A DNA stretch of 58,428 bases. It comes from a virus. The stretch lies in the IMG/VR virus record IMGVR_UViG_3300045988_116781; one strand, 5' to 3'. The notes under the pieces are model-generated. The model saw only the letters and a list, made by a program, of their open reading frames with translations, ran no database searches and was not told the DNA's origin. Positions 35,038 to 44,599 of the stretch are shown here, piece by piece (within the stretch, counting starts at the first letter, position 1; each line of letters starts with the position of its first letter). The position numbers were made by a program, and so were the translations under genes.

Positions 35038-36510
35038 TTACAATCCAAATGTACCTTTGCCGAGTGCGTCATAGTCTATGTCGTCATCATCGTTCAAAAG
35101 GTCGTTTATAGCATATCCGAGTATATCTACATATTCGTCATGGGGCTGGGTCGGGAAACCGCATACCTCTTTCAGGAACTCCTCATTCCAGCTGCCCTCC
35201 ACGATGTACACCCGGCCGCACTCTATGCGAGGGGAAACCACACGCAGCCTGACCTCCTTACTGTCGTCAGGTGTGGGCGTTTCCTTGACATTGAGCGTGG
35301 ATATTTCCTTTAGCATCTGAACAACGCTGATACCGTTCGCCTTTGGCTCGATATGCAGCTTGCTCTCTCCTGTTGCCCCGTGCGATGCCATATACTCCGG
35401 AAGAAAGCGCAACAGATCCGGCATCTCTTTCCACACTTTTTGCGCATCCACGAGATACACGCTGTTCCTTATCCTGCAAGCAGCCAAAATGCCGCTCGGG
35501 TCGTTGTCTGTCCTCTGCTTCTTGTTGTATGCGGTATCGAGATAGAAGTGTATCGTTTCCCGAAACCGCAAAGCCATGAAGTCAGAGTACGATATCCTGC
35601 GAAACCACTCATCCTTGACAATGTTACCGCCGTCCACTATCGGGGACTGTTCGTATTGTCCTGCATAGCCGAGACTGCCGAGGTCTATTTTCGCTTCTTC
35701 CAGGACAGACCTGTTGAGCCGGACAGGGTCGAGAAGCCCGTCCACGTATTTGTCCCGAAGTTCAACGGGCTTTACCATGTCCGACAGTTCGGCTGGCAGA
35801 CACACGTGCCGTATCTTTTCGCCCTTGCGCTTCAACAGGTAGCCCGTAACGTCTTCCTCATGCAGACGCTGCATGACGGTAATCATCGGGGTGTTCTCCT
35901 TGTTTACCTTTCGTGAGGACAGCGTTTTCACATGCTCGTTTGCCTGTAATCTTAACGGCTCGCTGTCCGCCTGTTTCGGGTTCTGCGGGTCATCGTTGAT
36001 TATCACGTGGGCATGGAAGCCTGTAATGGTCGCACCTGTTGATGTGGCGTAACGGAAGCCTCCCTGCGTGTTCTCGTAGTGCTGCTTTCCCTGTTTATCA
36101 CGTCTCAATACGATTTCAGGAAACAGTTTGCGGAACTTGTCGCTCTGAATGATGTCCTTTGATTTCGTTGCGTGCTCTATTGACAGACCACCCGAATACG
36201 AGTTTGTAATAGCCCTCAATGTGGGGTCATTAATCCATAACCATACCGGGAACATGATTGTGACGATTGTCGATTTTGTTGTTCCCGGAGGAATATTGAT
36301 GATAAGGTCATAAGGTTTCGGCTCTCGGTTTATGATTGATACCGAGAGCTTCTGCAACTCATCGCACAGATAGGGTATGTGCCAGTTGTAAATGGGCTTT
36401 TCCGATATGATAACGTCCCAAAACATCTTCACGAAGTAGAAAAAACTCTTCCGGCACTCATCTGCTACGACTTGTATTCCCAACGCCGTATAATCAATGT
36501 TCCGTATCAT
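35038..36510 (-). CDS. terL: terminase large subunit
   Basis: 490 aa with Walker A-like PPGTTKST and Walker B-like VIINDDP. The C-terminal nuclease region is in a typical position. Confidence 0.85.
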   Translation of the reverse strand: MIRNIDYTALGIQVVADECRKSFFYFVKMFWDVIISEKPIYNWHIPYLCDELQKLSVSIINREPKPYDLIINIPPGTTKSTIVTIMFPVWLWINDPTLRAITNSYSGGLSIEHATKSKDIIQSDKFRKLFPEIVLRRDKQGKQHYENTQGGFRYATSTGATITGFHAHVIINDDPQNPKQADSEPLRLQANEHVKTLSSRKVNKENTPMITVMQRLHEEDVTGYLLKRKGEKIRHVCLPAELSDMVKPVELRDKYVDGLLDPVRLNRSVLEEAKIDLGSLGYAGQYEQSPIVDGGNIVKDEWFRRISYSDFMALRFRETIHFYLDTAYNKKQRTDNDPSGILAACRIRNSVYLVDAQKVWKEMPDLLRFLPEYMASHGATGESKLHIEPKANGISVVQMLKEISTLNVKETPTPDDSKEVRLRVVSPRIECGRVYIVEGSWNEEFLKEVCGFPTQPHDEYVDILGYAINDLLNDDDDIDYDALGKGTFGL

Positions 36511-36925
36511 TCAGCACCTGTTCCCCGATAGTTAGCAGGACTTTCCTCTGCTCATCCGTGAGCTTGCTCAAATCAATTTCGGCGGCTTTCAGCAACGGTT
36601 CTCCGTTAGCCCCCGTATGCTCCAACCGCTCACTATATCCACGGTCTTTCATCTGCGTTTTGGCGTAGAAGATTATCATCGTGGTGTCGCCCTCTTTCAT
36701 CTTCTTCAGGATAAGGGCTTCCGCAAAGTCCTTCTGCAGCTCCTTGATATCCTCCACCTTTTCGGCAAAGTCGCTGTCCTCCTTAAGCCACTTGTAGAAA
36801 GTGAAACGGGATATGCCAGCCGCCTTGCAGGCAGAAGCAACGATGCCGGAACTCTTGTTCAGGGCATCAAGCACAACCTCCTTGTCTTTGGCTATGCGTT
36901 CCTGTATTGTCTCATTTGTTGCCAC
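36494..36925 (-). CDS. terS: terminase small subunit
   Basis: 143 aa with an HTH (ACKAAGISRFTFYKWLKED). It overlaps the TerL start. Confidence 0.7.
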   Translation of the reverse strand: MATNETIQERIAKDKEVVLDALNKSSGIVASACKAAGISRFTFYKWLKEDSDFAEKVEDIKELQKDFAEALILKKMKEGDTTMIIFYAKTQMKDRGYSERLEHTGANGEPLLKAAEIDLSKLTDEQRKVLLTIGEQVLNDTEH

Positions 36926-38009
36926 GTCTTTCCTCTAATTGCTGGTTTTCTTTCATTATGTCGCCGAGTATTACCCGGTATGTCCTTTTTTTCGGGTCAC
37001 CTGCCACAAGCATTTGGTAAAGCCTCTTGCATGTTGCGGATGATGTGCGCTCATCTACACGGGCATACAGTTTCTTCGCTTCCTTGTAACCCGGGTACAT
37101 GTCGGGGTGCTGGCTCGCTTTCTTCATTTCCTCTTTGAGCACGATACGGTAATCCTTATCCTTGTCGAGGTCGAACTTCTGATCCTGCTTCGTGCTTCGG
37201 AACATATCAGTGTCCCAGTACAGCATCACGAGGTCGGCGTTCGGCTCTCTCCTGATGACACGTTCGTACAGGTCGGGATAGAACTCCAGCACCTTTGGCA
37301 AAGTCTTGATAGTATCGATTGAAAAGAACTGCGAAATCCTTAGCTTATTCAACGCTACGCCCACTTTGTATAGGTAGATGTAGGTCATGGGGATTTGAAG
37401 CCCGTACAGTTTGATGTAAAGCCATACATCGCTGTCTTTCCAATCATACATGGGATAGATGAACGGGCTTTTGTCCGTCTTTAACGATATGGCGGTTCTT
37501 CGCTGTACGCTTTCAGCCATACGTAGACCCACCATCTGCGGTACTTTCTTGAAAATCTTTTCCCCAAAATACTGATAGGTCATTCCCATACGGAAATCCT
37601 TGTGGTTGCGTATGGCGAACTTCGGCATGGGACGTACCCAAACGCTTTCCTTGCCCGGCTCCCAGCAGATAAAACTTTCATCGTTCGCCAACTTGTTGCA
37701 GCAGTTGTAGTGCTTTATGGGCAGACAGAACCAGTAGAACCTTGCTCCGAGAGAGAGAAAACGAGACCTCCAGTCCTTGACTATCTCCTCCACGTCAGGG
37801 TATATCGCTTCCTCATCGAAGAATATCACAATCAGACGGGAGAACGGTATGCCGTATTTCTGCATCGTCTTGACAACGATGTCAGCCATACAGATACTGT
37901 CCTTGCCGCCTGAAAAGCTCAACGCAACGAGCTTGTTGTTATTGAAGGCTTCGAGAACCCTGCGCTCCGCCGCCTCCACGACCGAAATATTCAACGTCTT
38001 TTGGAACAT
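36912..38009 (-). CDS. PAPS reductase-like PP-loop ATP pyrophosphatase (IbrA-like)
   Basis: 365 aa with the PP-loop LSFSGGKDS and a long C-terminal extension, as in IbrA-type proteins. Confidence 0.65.
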   Translation of the reverse strand: MFQKTLNISVVEAAERRVLEAFNNNKLVALSFSGGKDSICMADIVVKTMQKYGIPFSRLIVIFFDEEAIYPDVEEIVKDWRSRFLSLGARFYWFCLPIKHYNCCNKLANDESFICWEPGKESVWVRPMPKFAIRNHKDFRMGMTYQYFGEKIFKKVPQMVGLRMAESVQRRTAISLKTDKSPFIYPMYDWKDSDVWLYIKLYGLQIPMTYIYLYKVGVALNKLRISQFFSIDTIKTLPKVLEFYPDLYERVIRREPNADLVMLYWDTDMFRSTKQDQKFDLDKDKDYRIVLKEEMKKASQHPDMYPGYKEAKKLYARVDERTSSATCKRLYQMLVAGDPKKRTYRVILGDIMKENQQLEERRGNK

Positions 38010-38012
38010 AGG

Positions 38013-38543
38013 CTATCCACGTTTGATGATTGTCGCCTTGCTGAATGTCTGATGCCGCTGTGTTACGAGCTTCAGGAATGTTTCCCGGTCTATTTTTGAA
38101 AGACGGAAGATTTCCTCACGGCTCATGCCCAGCTTCTTCGATATTTCGTCCACCGAAAGCCCCTCATCGAGAAGTTTCTTGACGATGTTCTCCATAGGCT
38201 CAAGCAGGTGCGTACCCCTTGCACGGTTGAATGTCACAGTTCCGGCCATGTCGTCCGTTGCGTTGTCATGCGCAACAATCACGACCGGGATTTTACCGCC
38301 GAGCAATGTCTTCAACGGCTCACGCCCTGACACCATCCAACGGTGGAAACCGTCTATGATAGTGTAGTCGGGACGTATCACGATAGGGAAACAGAAACCG
38401 TTATTGAGAATACTTTCCGTAAGCAGTTTCAGGTTCTTTTCAAGCACCTTGTTAGGGTTGTAGTCATTCGGTTTGACCAACTCACGGTCTATGAACTGCA
38501 AGTTCCGCAGCGGGGCGAAAAGGTCTTTTTGTTGCTTGCTCAT
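38013..38543 (-). CDS. ParB-like nuclease domain protein (IbrB-like)
   Basis: The start MSKQQKD overlaps the upstream stop (ATGA). The protein has the ParB/Srx-type motif IIDGFHRW and a C-terminal HTH-like region (VDEISKKLGMSREEIFRL). Confidence 0.6.
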   Translation of the reverse strand: MSKQQKDLFAPLRNLQFIDRELVKPNDYNPNKVLEKNLKLLTESILNNGFCFPIVIRPDYTIIDGFHRWMVSGREPLKTLLGGKIPVVIVAHDNATDDMAGTVTFNRARGTHLLEPMENIVKKLLDEGLSVDEISKKLGMSREEIFRLSKIDRETFLKLVTQRHQTFSKATIIKRG

Positions 38544-39121
38544 AACGTAATCTCCTTTCCGCAATGAGGACAAACCATAGTGCGTGCTGGCTGCATGCCG
38601 CTGTCGATGTCCTCAAATTCATCTGTCTGTTCCTCCTGTTTCTCCTGCGGTATGCTCTCCACGGACTTCTTCTGTGCTGGCTGCGTAAAGTCCACGCCCA
38701 TATTGTCAGTGGATACCTCGTTGATGATTGCTTCCAAGTAGTCATCCGTAAAGCCGATGATACCTGTCTCCCCAATCTCACGGATGATATCCTCCACCTT
38801 GCCGAAATTGATGTAGGACAGGGATTGGATTTTGTTGTCCTCCAAAACGAGCTTCATTTTCTGCTTGTCGGACAGACCATGCATGACAACCACGTCCGCA
38901 TCCGTGCGGCCGAGCTTTTCGAGTGCGAGCTTCTTACCGTGTCCGCAGAGTATCTGCATCTTCTCATCCACGATGATAGGATAATACTGCCCGTATGTTT
39001 CCATACTTTGAGCGATAGCCTTTACCTGTTCCTCCGGATGGATGTTCGGATTGTTGGGGAACTCTTTTAATTCCGTAACCTTTACGGTCTTTCTTTCCTG
39101 TGTTACTTTTGATTTTGACAT
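38540..39121 (-). CDS. ParB-like nuclease domain protein with C-terminal zinc-ribbon-like tail
   Basis: 193 aa with NPNIHPEEQVKAIAQSMETYGQYYPIIVDE..ILCGHGKKLA and a C-terminal CPHCGKE. Confidence 0.6.
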   Translation of the reverse strand: MSKSKVTQERKTVKVTELKEFPNNPNIHPEEQVKAIAQSMETYGQYYPIIVDEKMQILCGHGKKLALEKLGRTDADVVVMHGLSDKQKMKLVLEDNKIQSLSYINFGKVEDIIREIGETGIIGFTDDYLEAIINEVSTDNMGVDFTQPAQKKSVESIPQEKQEEQTDEFEDIDSGMQPARTMVCPHCGKEITL

Positions 39122-39122
39122 A

Positions 39123-39917
39123 TCATTTAGCGTTTAGAAATTGTTTTGCTGATTCAATGTATTGAGCCGCTTCCTCCACGATTTGAGGTGCAATCCCATA
39201 CACCTCCTGCCAACCGTTCTGTACAGAGCCGCACCATTGGCGTGCAGCCCATACACCCGTGCCAACCGTGAAGCCGTTTTTCCAATCGTAGATAGGCGGC
39301 ATGTTGCGCCCCATGAAGTAGTGTATCACGGCCAGTACCTCCTCATGCTTCCAATTGGCGATAGGGGACAGGCGTGTTACCCCGTTCCGGTCGGTGTAGC
39401 AGTTCTGACCCTTACCGCCCGTATAGTTGCCGTCCTGCGTGCGCCTGCCGAGACAGATAACCTCCAAATGCTTCTCCTTGAAGAACCAAGCCTGTGCCCG
39501 GTGCTGTATGATGTGAAACCATTGTGCCGCTTTCTTGCTGTCGGTCGGGAAAAGCATATCCTGATGCTTTGCGAGCCATTGCAGGTCAAGTTTGGCGTTG
39601 TCCCATACTGCAAGACCTTTCGGGCTGTTCTCTTTAATCCAAGCCAAGAATTGGGGGTATTCGAGTTTTGAGGCTATGCCGATAACGCAGTCTGTAATGC
39701 CAGCCTTTTCACAGACGTATTGCAGGGCAAGGCTGTCCTTTCCTCCGCTCCAAGCGTATCCGGCTCGTTTGCCTGCCGTCTGCTTCCTGATGTCGGCTAC
39801 AGCATGATCCACGAGAGCCTGTGCCTCTTGCAGGGACACGAGACTTTCTATCTCGTTCCAAGCCTTGACGAAATCGTCATTGCTTGAAGTCTGTTTCTTT
39901 CCTATTATCTGTTTCAT
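39123..39917 (-). CDS. PAPS reductase-like PP-loop ATP pyrophosphatase
   Basis: 264 aa with the PP-loop YAWSGGKDS. Confidence 0.65.
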   Translation of the reverse strand: MKQIIGKKQTSSNDDFVKAWNEIESLVSLQEAQALVDHAVADIRKQTAGKRAGYAWSGGKDSLALQYVCEKAGITDCVIGIASKLEYPQFLAWIKENSPKGLAVWDNAKLDLQWLAKHQDMLFPTDSKKAAQWFHIIQHRAQAWFFKEKHLEVICLGRRTQDGNYTGGKGQNCYTDRNGVTRLSPIANWKHEEVLAVIHYFMGRNMPPIYDWKNGFTVGTGVWAARQWCGSVQNGWQEVYGIAPQIVEEAAQYIESAKQFLNAK

Positions 39918-39923
39918 ATCCTG

Positions 39924-40526
39924 TCAGTTGAAATTGTACGCTATGTTCACGCCGATAGTCTCCATGCCGCCGTCATATTTCAGCTGAAACCAAAGTTCAG
40001 GCGTGAGTTTGAAGCGGACGTTAGCTATCACTCCGGGCATTGCCCTCATGGAATATCCCACGTTGAACACAAGCCACCTGTAAGTATAACCACCCACGAC
40101 CTGCAATCGGTCGCCGTCACAGAAGCGGTCGCCGTTGAAAAGGTTGTCCCAAGTGGCATCCACCATAAAGCCCAAAGGCAGCTTTACCGTTCCCGATAAA
40201 GTCTGCCTGTATTTGTTGGTTTTCCAGTCATAGATGTTCCGGCTCAATATGTAGAAGCGGTCGGCAATATTGAAGTTCAGCCATATTGCCGGAGAGAACG
40301 CCTGTGTATTGAAGTTGTACTGCGCAACGCCTGTCACGTTAAACCATTTCGCCACGTCCATCCTGTAACCTACAAACGGGTTGAATGTGGCAGAGCCTCC
40401 GTCATAGGGCTGGCTCAGCGAGAGCCAAACCCTATACTTTGTCGGTTGTGTGATACCGTCATATACCTGTGCCTTTGTGGTCGCCATTACCAGCAGAGCC
40501 GCTATGAGTAGTAGAAATCGTTTCAT
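39924..40526 (-). CDS. small outer-membrane beta-barrel protein candidate
   Basis: 200 aa. It has the signal peptide MKRFLLLIAALLVMATTKAQ, alternating aromatic/polar strand patterns, and an aromatic C-terminus (NIAYNFN). Confidence 0.5.
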   Translation of the reverse strand: MKRFLLLIAALLVMATTKAQVYDGITQPTKYRVWLSLSQPYDGGSATFNPFVGYRMDVAKWFNVTGVAQYNFNTQAFSPAIWLNFNIADRFYILSRNIYDWKTNKYRQTLSGTVKLPLGFMVDATWDNLFNGDRFCDGDRLQVVGGYTYRWLVFNVGYSMRAMPGVIANVRFKLTPELWFQLKYDGGMETIGVNIAYNFN

Positions 40527-40541
40527 CGTTCCAATTTTGAA

Positions 40542-42011
40542 TTAGTATAAATTGAGGTTTCTGTTCACAGTAGGTTTGTCTTTCATCACTCTCGCCATGA
40601 TGCCCGATGTGCAGATAGTGAGAAGCGAGCCTGTGAGGATGAGCGGAATGTTGCCGTGCAGGTTACCGTATGCGAAAATCGGAAGACCTACAATCAGGCT
40701 GGCCATGATGCCGTAATACAGTCCACGTTCTGACATCTTCCTGCCGTTGATGGCAAAGATTGTCGGGAGCATTACGGAGCTTCTCAAAGTACCGTAGAAC
40801 AGGAACAGGCAGGTTATGGTTATTCCCGGTATGTTTGCTACCACGATAGCCAAGACTGTAACGGCGACCATAGCGATACGGGCGATGTCCACCGAACTGA
40901 GTATGCGCTTTCCTATGCGTATTGCTCCGAGACTGCCTTTGCCGAACTTGTCTGCAATCCGCATTGATACATCATGTCCTGCGATTGAGGACACGGCGCA
41001 CATGATACTGTCCACGGTCGAGACGAGACCTGACAGGATAAGCAGGAAAAACAGGTAGAGAAACCATTTCGGGGTAAAGGCGATAACAGCCCCTACATTG
41101 ACAAGCTGCGTGTCGGCAATATCCAAACCTGCCCCCGATGCGAAAAAGCCGAATATGGACAGGGAAACGGGCACTACGGCGAATATCAGAGCCGCAAGCA
41201 GCATCGTATTCTTCACTTTGTCATGCTTTACACAGAATACACGTTGCCAAAACATCTGGTCGCCGAATGTTCCTGAAAGCAATCCTATCGTGGTGGGTAT
41301 TCCGAAAGAGAGCATCACGGCTATGCCGTTCTTATCGAACAGGTTGTCGAAATCGCCGCTTATGCCGCCCAAACCATTGACAAGCGTATCAAATCCGGCG
41401 TTCGATGTCATGATAGGCAGTCCCATGAGAAGCACAACCACGATGAAGCCCATTTTCACGAAGTCTGTCGTGATGCTCCCTCTGATACCGTTCGTAAGCG
41501 AGTAGAGCAGCGGTATTACTGCGAGCAATACGGTCGTCCAAAAGAAAGGTAGTCCCGTAATCTTGTGGAAGATTGCCGCTCCGGCCAAAAGCTGTACCGC
41601 CATTGAACACACCTGAAGCCCGAAACTCTCTATCAGGAACATGTTGTGTGCCCTCTTGCTGTACTTCTCCCGTATGTAGTCCGAAAACGTCCATCCGTTA
41701 GGTCTGAGGTTGCGCATCTTCTTTGCAAAGAATGCGAACAGCACCAGCGTAAGCACGTTCGGAACTACGAACCAAAATACACCAGCTAATCCCTGCGTAT
41801 AGGCTTTCTCCGCCGCCGTGAACATGGACGGTGCCCATACCCACGTTGCCGCCATTGAAAAGGCTGTCAAAATCCACGATGCCGAACGGTCGGCCACCAA
41901 AAACTCCGATTTGGTCTGTTCCCTCTTCCGGAGCAATGCGATGATGCCTACCATTGCAAGAAAATATCCGATTATCAGCATCAATCCGTCTGTCTTGCTT
42001 AAAATTTCCAT
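40542..42011 (-). CDS. sodium:solute symporter (SSS) family transporter
   Basis: 489 aa and polytopic (about 12-13 hydrophobic helices). The N-terminal region FLVADRSASWILTAFSMAATWVWAPSMF is typical of the SSS family. Confidence 0.7.
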   Translation of the reverse strand: MEILSKTDGLMLIIGYFLAMVGIIALLRKREQTKSEFLVADRSASWILTAFSMAATWVWAPSMFTAAEKAYTQGLAGVFWFVVPNVLTLVLFAFFAKKMRNLRPNGWTFSDYIREKYSKRAHNMFLIESFGLQVCSMAVQLLAGAAIFHKITGLPFFWTTVLLAVIPLLYSLTNGIRGSITTDFVKMGFIVVVLLMGLPIMTSNAGFDTLVNGLGGISGDFDNLFDKNGIAVMLSFGIPTTIGLLSGTFGDQMFWQRVFCVKHDKVKNTMLLAALIFAVVPVSLSIFGFFASGAGLDIADTQLVNVGAVIAFTPKWFLYLFFLLILSGLVSTVDSIMCAVSSIAGHDVSMRIADKFGKGSLGAIRIGKRILSSVDIARIAMVAVTVLAIVVANIPGITITCLFLFYGTLRSSVMLPTIFAINGRKMSERGLYYGIMASLIVGLPIFAYGNLHGNIPLILTGSLLTICTSGIMARVMKDKPTVNRNLNLY

Positions 42012-42046
42012 GTCGTTTTTTGAAATGTTAGATTTGTTAGTCCGTG

Positions 42047-42081
42047 CAAATATACTAATAAAGCGTACTTGTTAGGTACGC
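42047..42081 (-). promoter_or_regulatory. candidate promoter plus palindrome upstream of the transporter/packaging operon
   Basis: The minus strand reads GCGTACCTAACAAGTACGC (42063-42081), then 8 nt, then the -7 box TATATTTG (42047-42054). This is about 35 nt upstream of the ATG at 42011. Confidence 0.45.
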
Positions 42082-42102
42082 TTTAAGCCAAAAAAAGAGT
42101 TT

Positions 42103-42450
42103 TTACCTCAAATAATCATTTACTTGCGCTATAAAGCTCTCGATTGAGCGGCACAAAATGTACTTGTAGCCAACATTCTCCACCGACTGCTGCCAAGCCT
42201 TTTGCGAGTCACGCTGCCGACCGTCCACCGTCTTCATCTCGATACACAGACCGTGATAGCCTTTGGACGGAAGAAGCAACAGCAGGTCTGCAACTCCAGC
42301 CGTTACACCTTCGCCTTTCATAATCCTTGCCTCGAACTTTCCACGCTGACCGCCGTTCGGTACTGCGAACAGGTTTAAGGCGAAGTGCGGATATTGAAGC
42401 CTGAACCACTTCACGCAAGCCGTCTGTATTCTGCTTTCGTCATGTCTCAT
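42103..42450 (-). CDS. VRR-NUC domain nuclease
   Basis: 115 aa with GVADLLLLLP...GLCIEMKT (D...ExK nuclease motif). Confidence 0.7.
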   Translation of the reverse strand: MRHDESRIQTACVKWFRLQYPHFALNLFAVPNGGQRGKFEARIMKGEGVTAGVADLLLLLPSKGYHGLCIEMKTVDGRQRDSQKAWQQSVENVGYKYILCRSIESFIAQVNDYLR

Positions 42451-42477
42451 ACGTCAAAACCTCCTTTCTTGCACAAA

Positions 42478-42903
42478 TCAGAACGGCAAATCGTCATCAT
42501 CTGCACCTTGCGAGCTGCCGCCTCCCGAATAGGTGTTCTGCTGGGGTTGTTGCTGGCCGTTGTCCTGCCTGCGGTCGAGCATCTGCATGATGTCCCCGTG
42601 AATTTCGGTCACATACCGCTTTATGCCGTTCCGGTCGTCATAGCTGCGTGTCCTTATCTTTCCCTCGATATACACGGACGAGCCTTTATGCAGGTACTGT
42701 CCGGCAATCTCTGCGAGTTTTCCCCACAGTACGATGTTGTGCCATTCGGTGCGGTCGGGTACGGTAGTGCCTCCCTGTGTGGTGTAGCCCTTTTCGGTTG
42801 TCGCCACCGAGAACTGCGTGACCTTTGTCCCGGTTTGCAGGGTGTCCACTTTCGGCTCTTGCCCCACAAACCCGATAATCGTTACCTTGTTGATTGAAGC
42901 CAT
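42478..42903 (-). CDS. ssb: single-stranded DNA-binding protein
   Basis: 141 aa with an OB-fold N-terminus (INKVTIIGFVGQEPKV...WHNIVLWGKLAE), a Gly/Gln-rich linker and an acidic tip (DDDLPF). Confidence 0.92.
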   Translation of the reverse strand: MASINKVTIIGFVGQEPKVDTLQTGTKVTQFSVATTEKGYTTQGGTTVPDRTEWHNIVLWGKLAEIAGQYLHKGSSVYIEGKIRTRSYDDRNGIKRYVTEIHGDIMQMLDRRQDNGQQQPQQNTYSGGGSSQGADDDDLPF

Positions 42904-42938
42904 TGTACTACTAATAATGTTTGTATTTATATTATATA

Positions 42939-43496
42939 TTATACTATACTATCCTCTACTGACTTGTTAGTATCAGAGCCGTAGCGGAACGGTGTAAAGT
43001 GTATCACGATACCCGTAAACAGCTTCTTCTCCTGTGGCTCTTTGCCGAAAAACCACTCCTTGAAGTCCTCCAAAGGCAAACCGTCATTCGCTGCAAGTTG
43101 CTCTACATTTGCAACCTGTTTGCCGTCTATTGCCGCTTTGAGCGTTTTTGTGTCAGGGTCGTATGACATGGTTATACGTTGGCATCCGATACAGTTGCCG
43201 TGTATCTGGAAGATTTCCTCCTGTGGCGAGTTGTAGGGGCGTGCGCTCCATTGACGGACGGAAAGGTAGAACCCTCCGCTGTCAATCTTGCTGATATTAT
43301 GCTTCCACCTTGCAAAGTTTGCCCGAATGGTGTGTATCTTGCGCCCCTTTACAACCGTACCGTCAAGCTCCGATACCGTTTCCTGACAGCCGTTGAGCGT
43401 GTTGTTCAGTTTCTCCCTGAAGTGGGTAGGCTCTCCTTTCCTCGAATGACAGAGGGGAAAGCGTTTCGATAGTGTCAGAATGATTTTCTTCTTCAT
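42939..43496 (-). CDS. hypothetical protein
   Basis: 185-aa ORF in the early operon. Confidence 0.45.
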   Translation of the reverse strand: MKKKIILTLSKRFPLCHSRKGEPTHFREKLNNTLNGCQETVSELDGTVVKGRKIHTIRANFARWKHNISKIDSGGFYLSVRQWSARPYNSPQEEIFQIHGNCIGCQRITMSYDPDTKTLKAAIDGKQVANVEQLAANDGLPLEDFKEWFFGKEPQEKKLFTGIVIHFTPFRYGSDTNKSVEDSIV

Positions 43497-43517
43497 TTTC
43501 GTATTGGTTTTAACTGT

Positions 43518-43745
43518 TTATTTGCCCTCCATTGAGCTATCGTAATGCGGATAATCAAATATATTCCCCAGATGCGGTTGCGCCTCTGAACGCCCAAGAA
43601 TACCCTCTACACGGGTTATCTCATCGTCTATCTCTTTCTCCAGCTGCTTGCTCTTTTGGAGGGCGATTGATGAACGGTTCTTGAAGTATTCTTTCTGCAT
43701 CCGGCGCATCTGCACAACCTTGTCGTAAAACTCTCGTGGCTTCAT
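43518..43745 (-). CDS. hypothetical small protein
   Basis: 75-aa ORF. Confidence 0.4.
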   Translation of the reverse strand: MKPREFYDKVVQMRRMQKEYFKNRSSIALQKSKQLEKEIDDEITRVEGILGRSEAQPHLGNIFDYPHYDSSMEGK

Positions 43746-43748
43746 AGC

Positions 43749-44084
43749 TTAATCCCCATTTTTGCCTGAAAGTTCCAACCGTGCTATGGTTTCCAACTCC
43801 CGTAAATCTTTCTCCAGCTTCTCACGTTGCTCGTCCATTACCTTTACGCCTATGGCCGGAGAGATGTTGAATACCCTCATTGATGATGCTATTCCGTCAG
43901 GTATTCCAAGCTGCATACCTTTACCAAATCTGCCGAATGGGCTGTCAGGTATAGGCTCGTGACTTTCTGCCTCACGCTTCCTTGTCTTTTCTACTTCTTC
44001 AAGCATTTCTTTCTTTAGCCTGTCTATTTCCTCGATTTGCTGGTAGCAGTTGTAAATCCTGCGTGCTGTTTCTTTTGTAATCAT
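43749..44084 (-). CDS. hypothetical protein
   Basis: 111-aa ORF. Confidence 0.4.
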   Translation of the reverse strand: MITKETARRIYNCYQQIEEIDRLKKEMLEEVEKTRKREAESHEPIPDSPFGRFGKGMQLGIPDGIASSMRVFNISPAIGVKVMDEQREKLEKDLRELETIARLELSGKNGD

Positions 44085-44596
44085 TGTTTTTCCTCCTGTA
44101 TTTGTTTGATTTTTAATTTCATTCTTTCTTCTGCCGCCCGTACGTTGGCTATCTTTGTTGCGAGCTTCTCACGGGCTTTCTGCAGATCTGTATCGGTATT
44201 CTCATCAAAGAATAGGTTATGCGCCCGGTTGTAGGCTACATATTCCTCAATCTTGCGCCGAACCTTTGTAACCTGTGCCTTTGCCGATATGAGCCGATGC
44301 AAATCCTCGTTCAGCCGGGTATCCATTCCCAAACGCTTATCGTAATAGCTCGTGTAGCATCTGATGTTTCCTTTCGGGTATTTGCATACGAACCTTGACT
44401 TTCTCCACTCGATTACCCACCGCCTGCGCTCGTACACCTCACGGGGCAAATCGTAACAGAACAGGCGTTCGTAATTGCATCTCCCGTCTGTACGCTCAAT
44501 GCTGATGAATACCCAATGCTGTACCTCCAGCTCTTTTTCTGCTTTGGCATAGTCCTTTGCCAGCTGTATGAAATCATCTATACGTTCCTGTGCCAT
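44081..44596 (-). CDS. hypothetical protein
   Basis: 171-aa ORF with a 4-nt overlap with the downstream gene. Confidence 0.45.
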   Translation of the reverse strand: MAQERIDDFIQLAKDYAKAEKELEVQHWVFISIERTDGRCNYERLFCYDLPREVYERRRWVIEWRKSRFVCKYPKGNIRCYTSYYDKRLGMDTRLNEDLHRLISAKAQVTKVRRKIEEYVAYNRAHNLFFDENTDTDLQKAREKLATKIANVRAAEERMKLKIKQIQEEKQ

Positions 44597-44599
44597 TGC

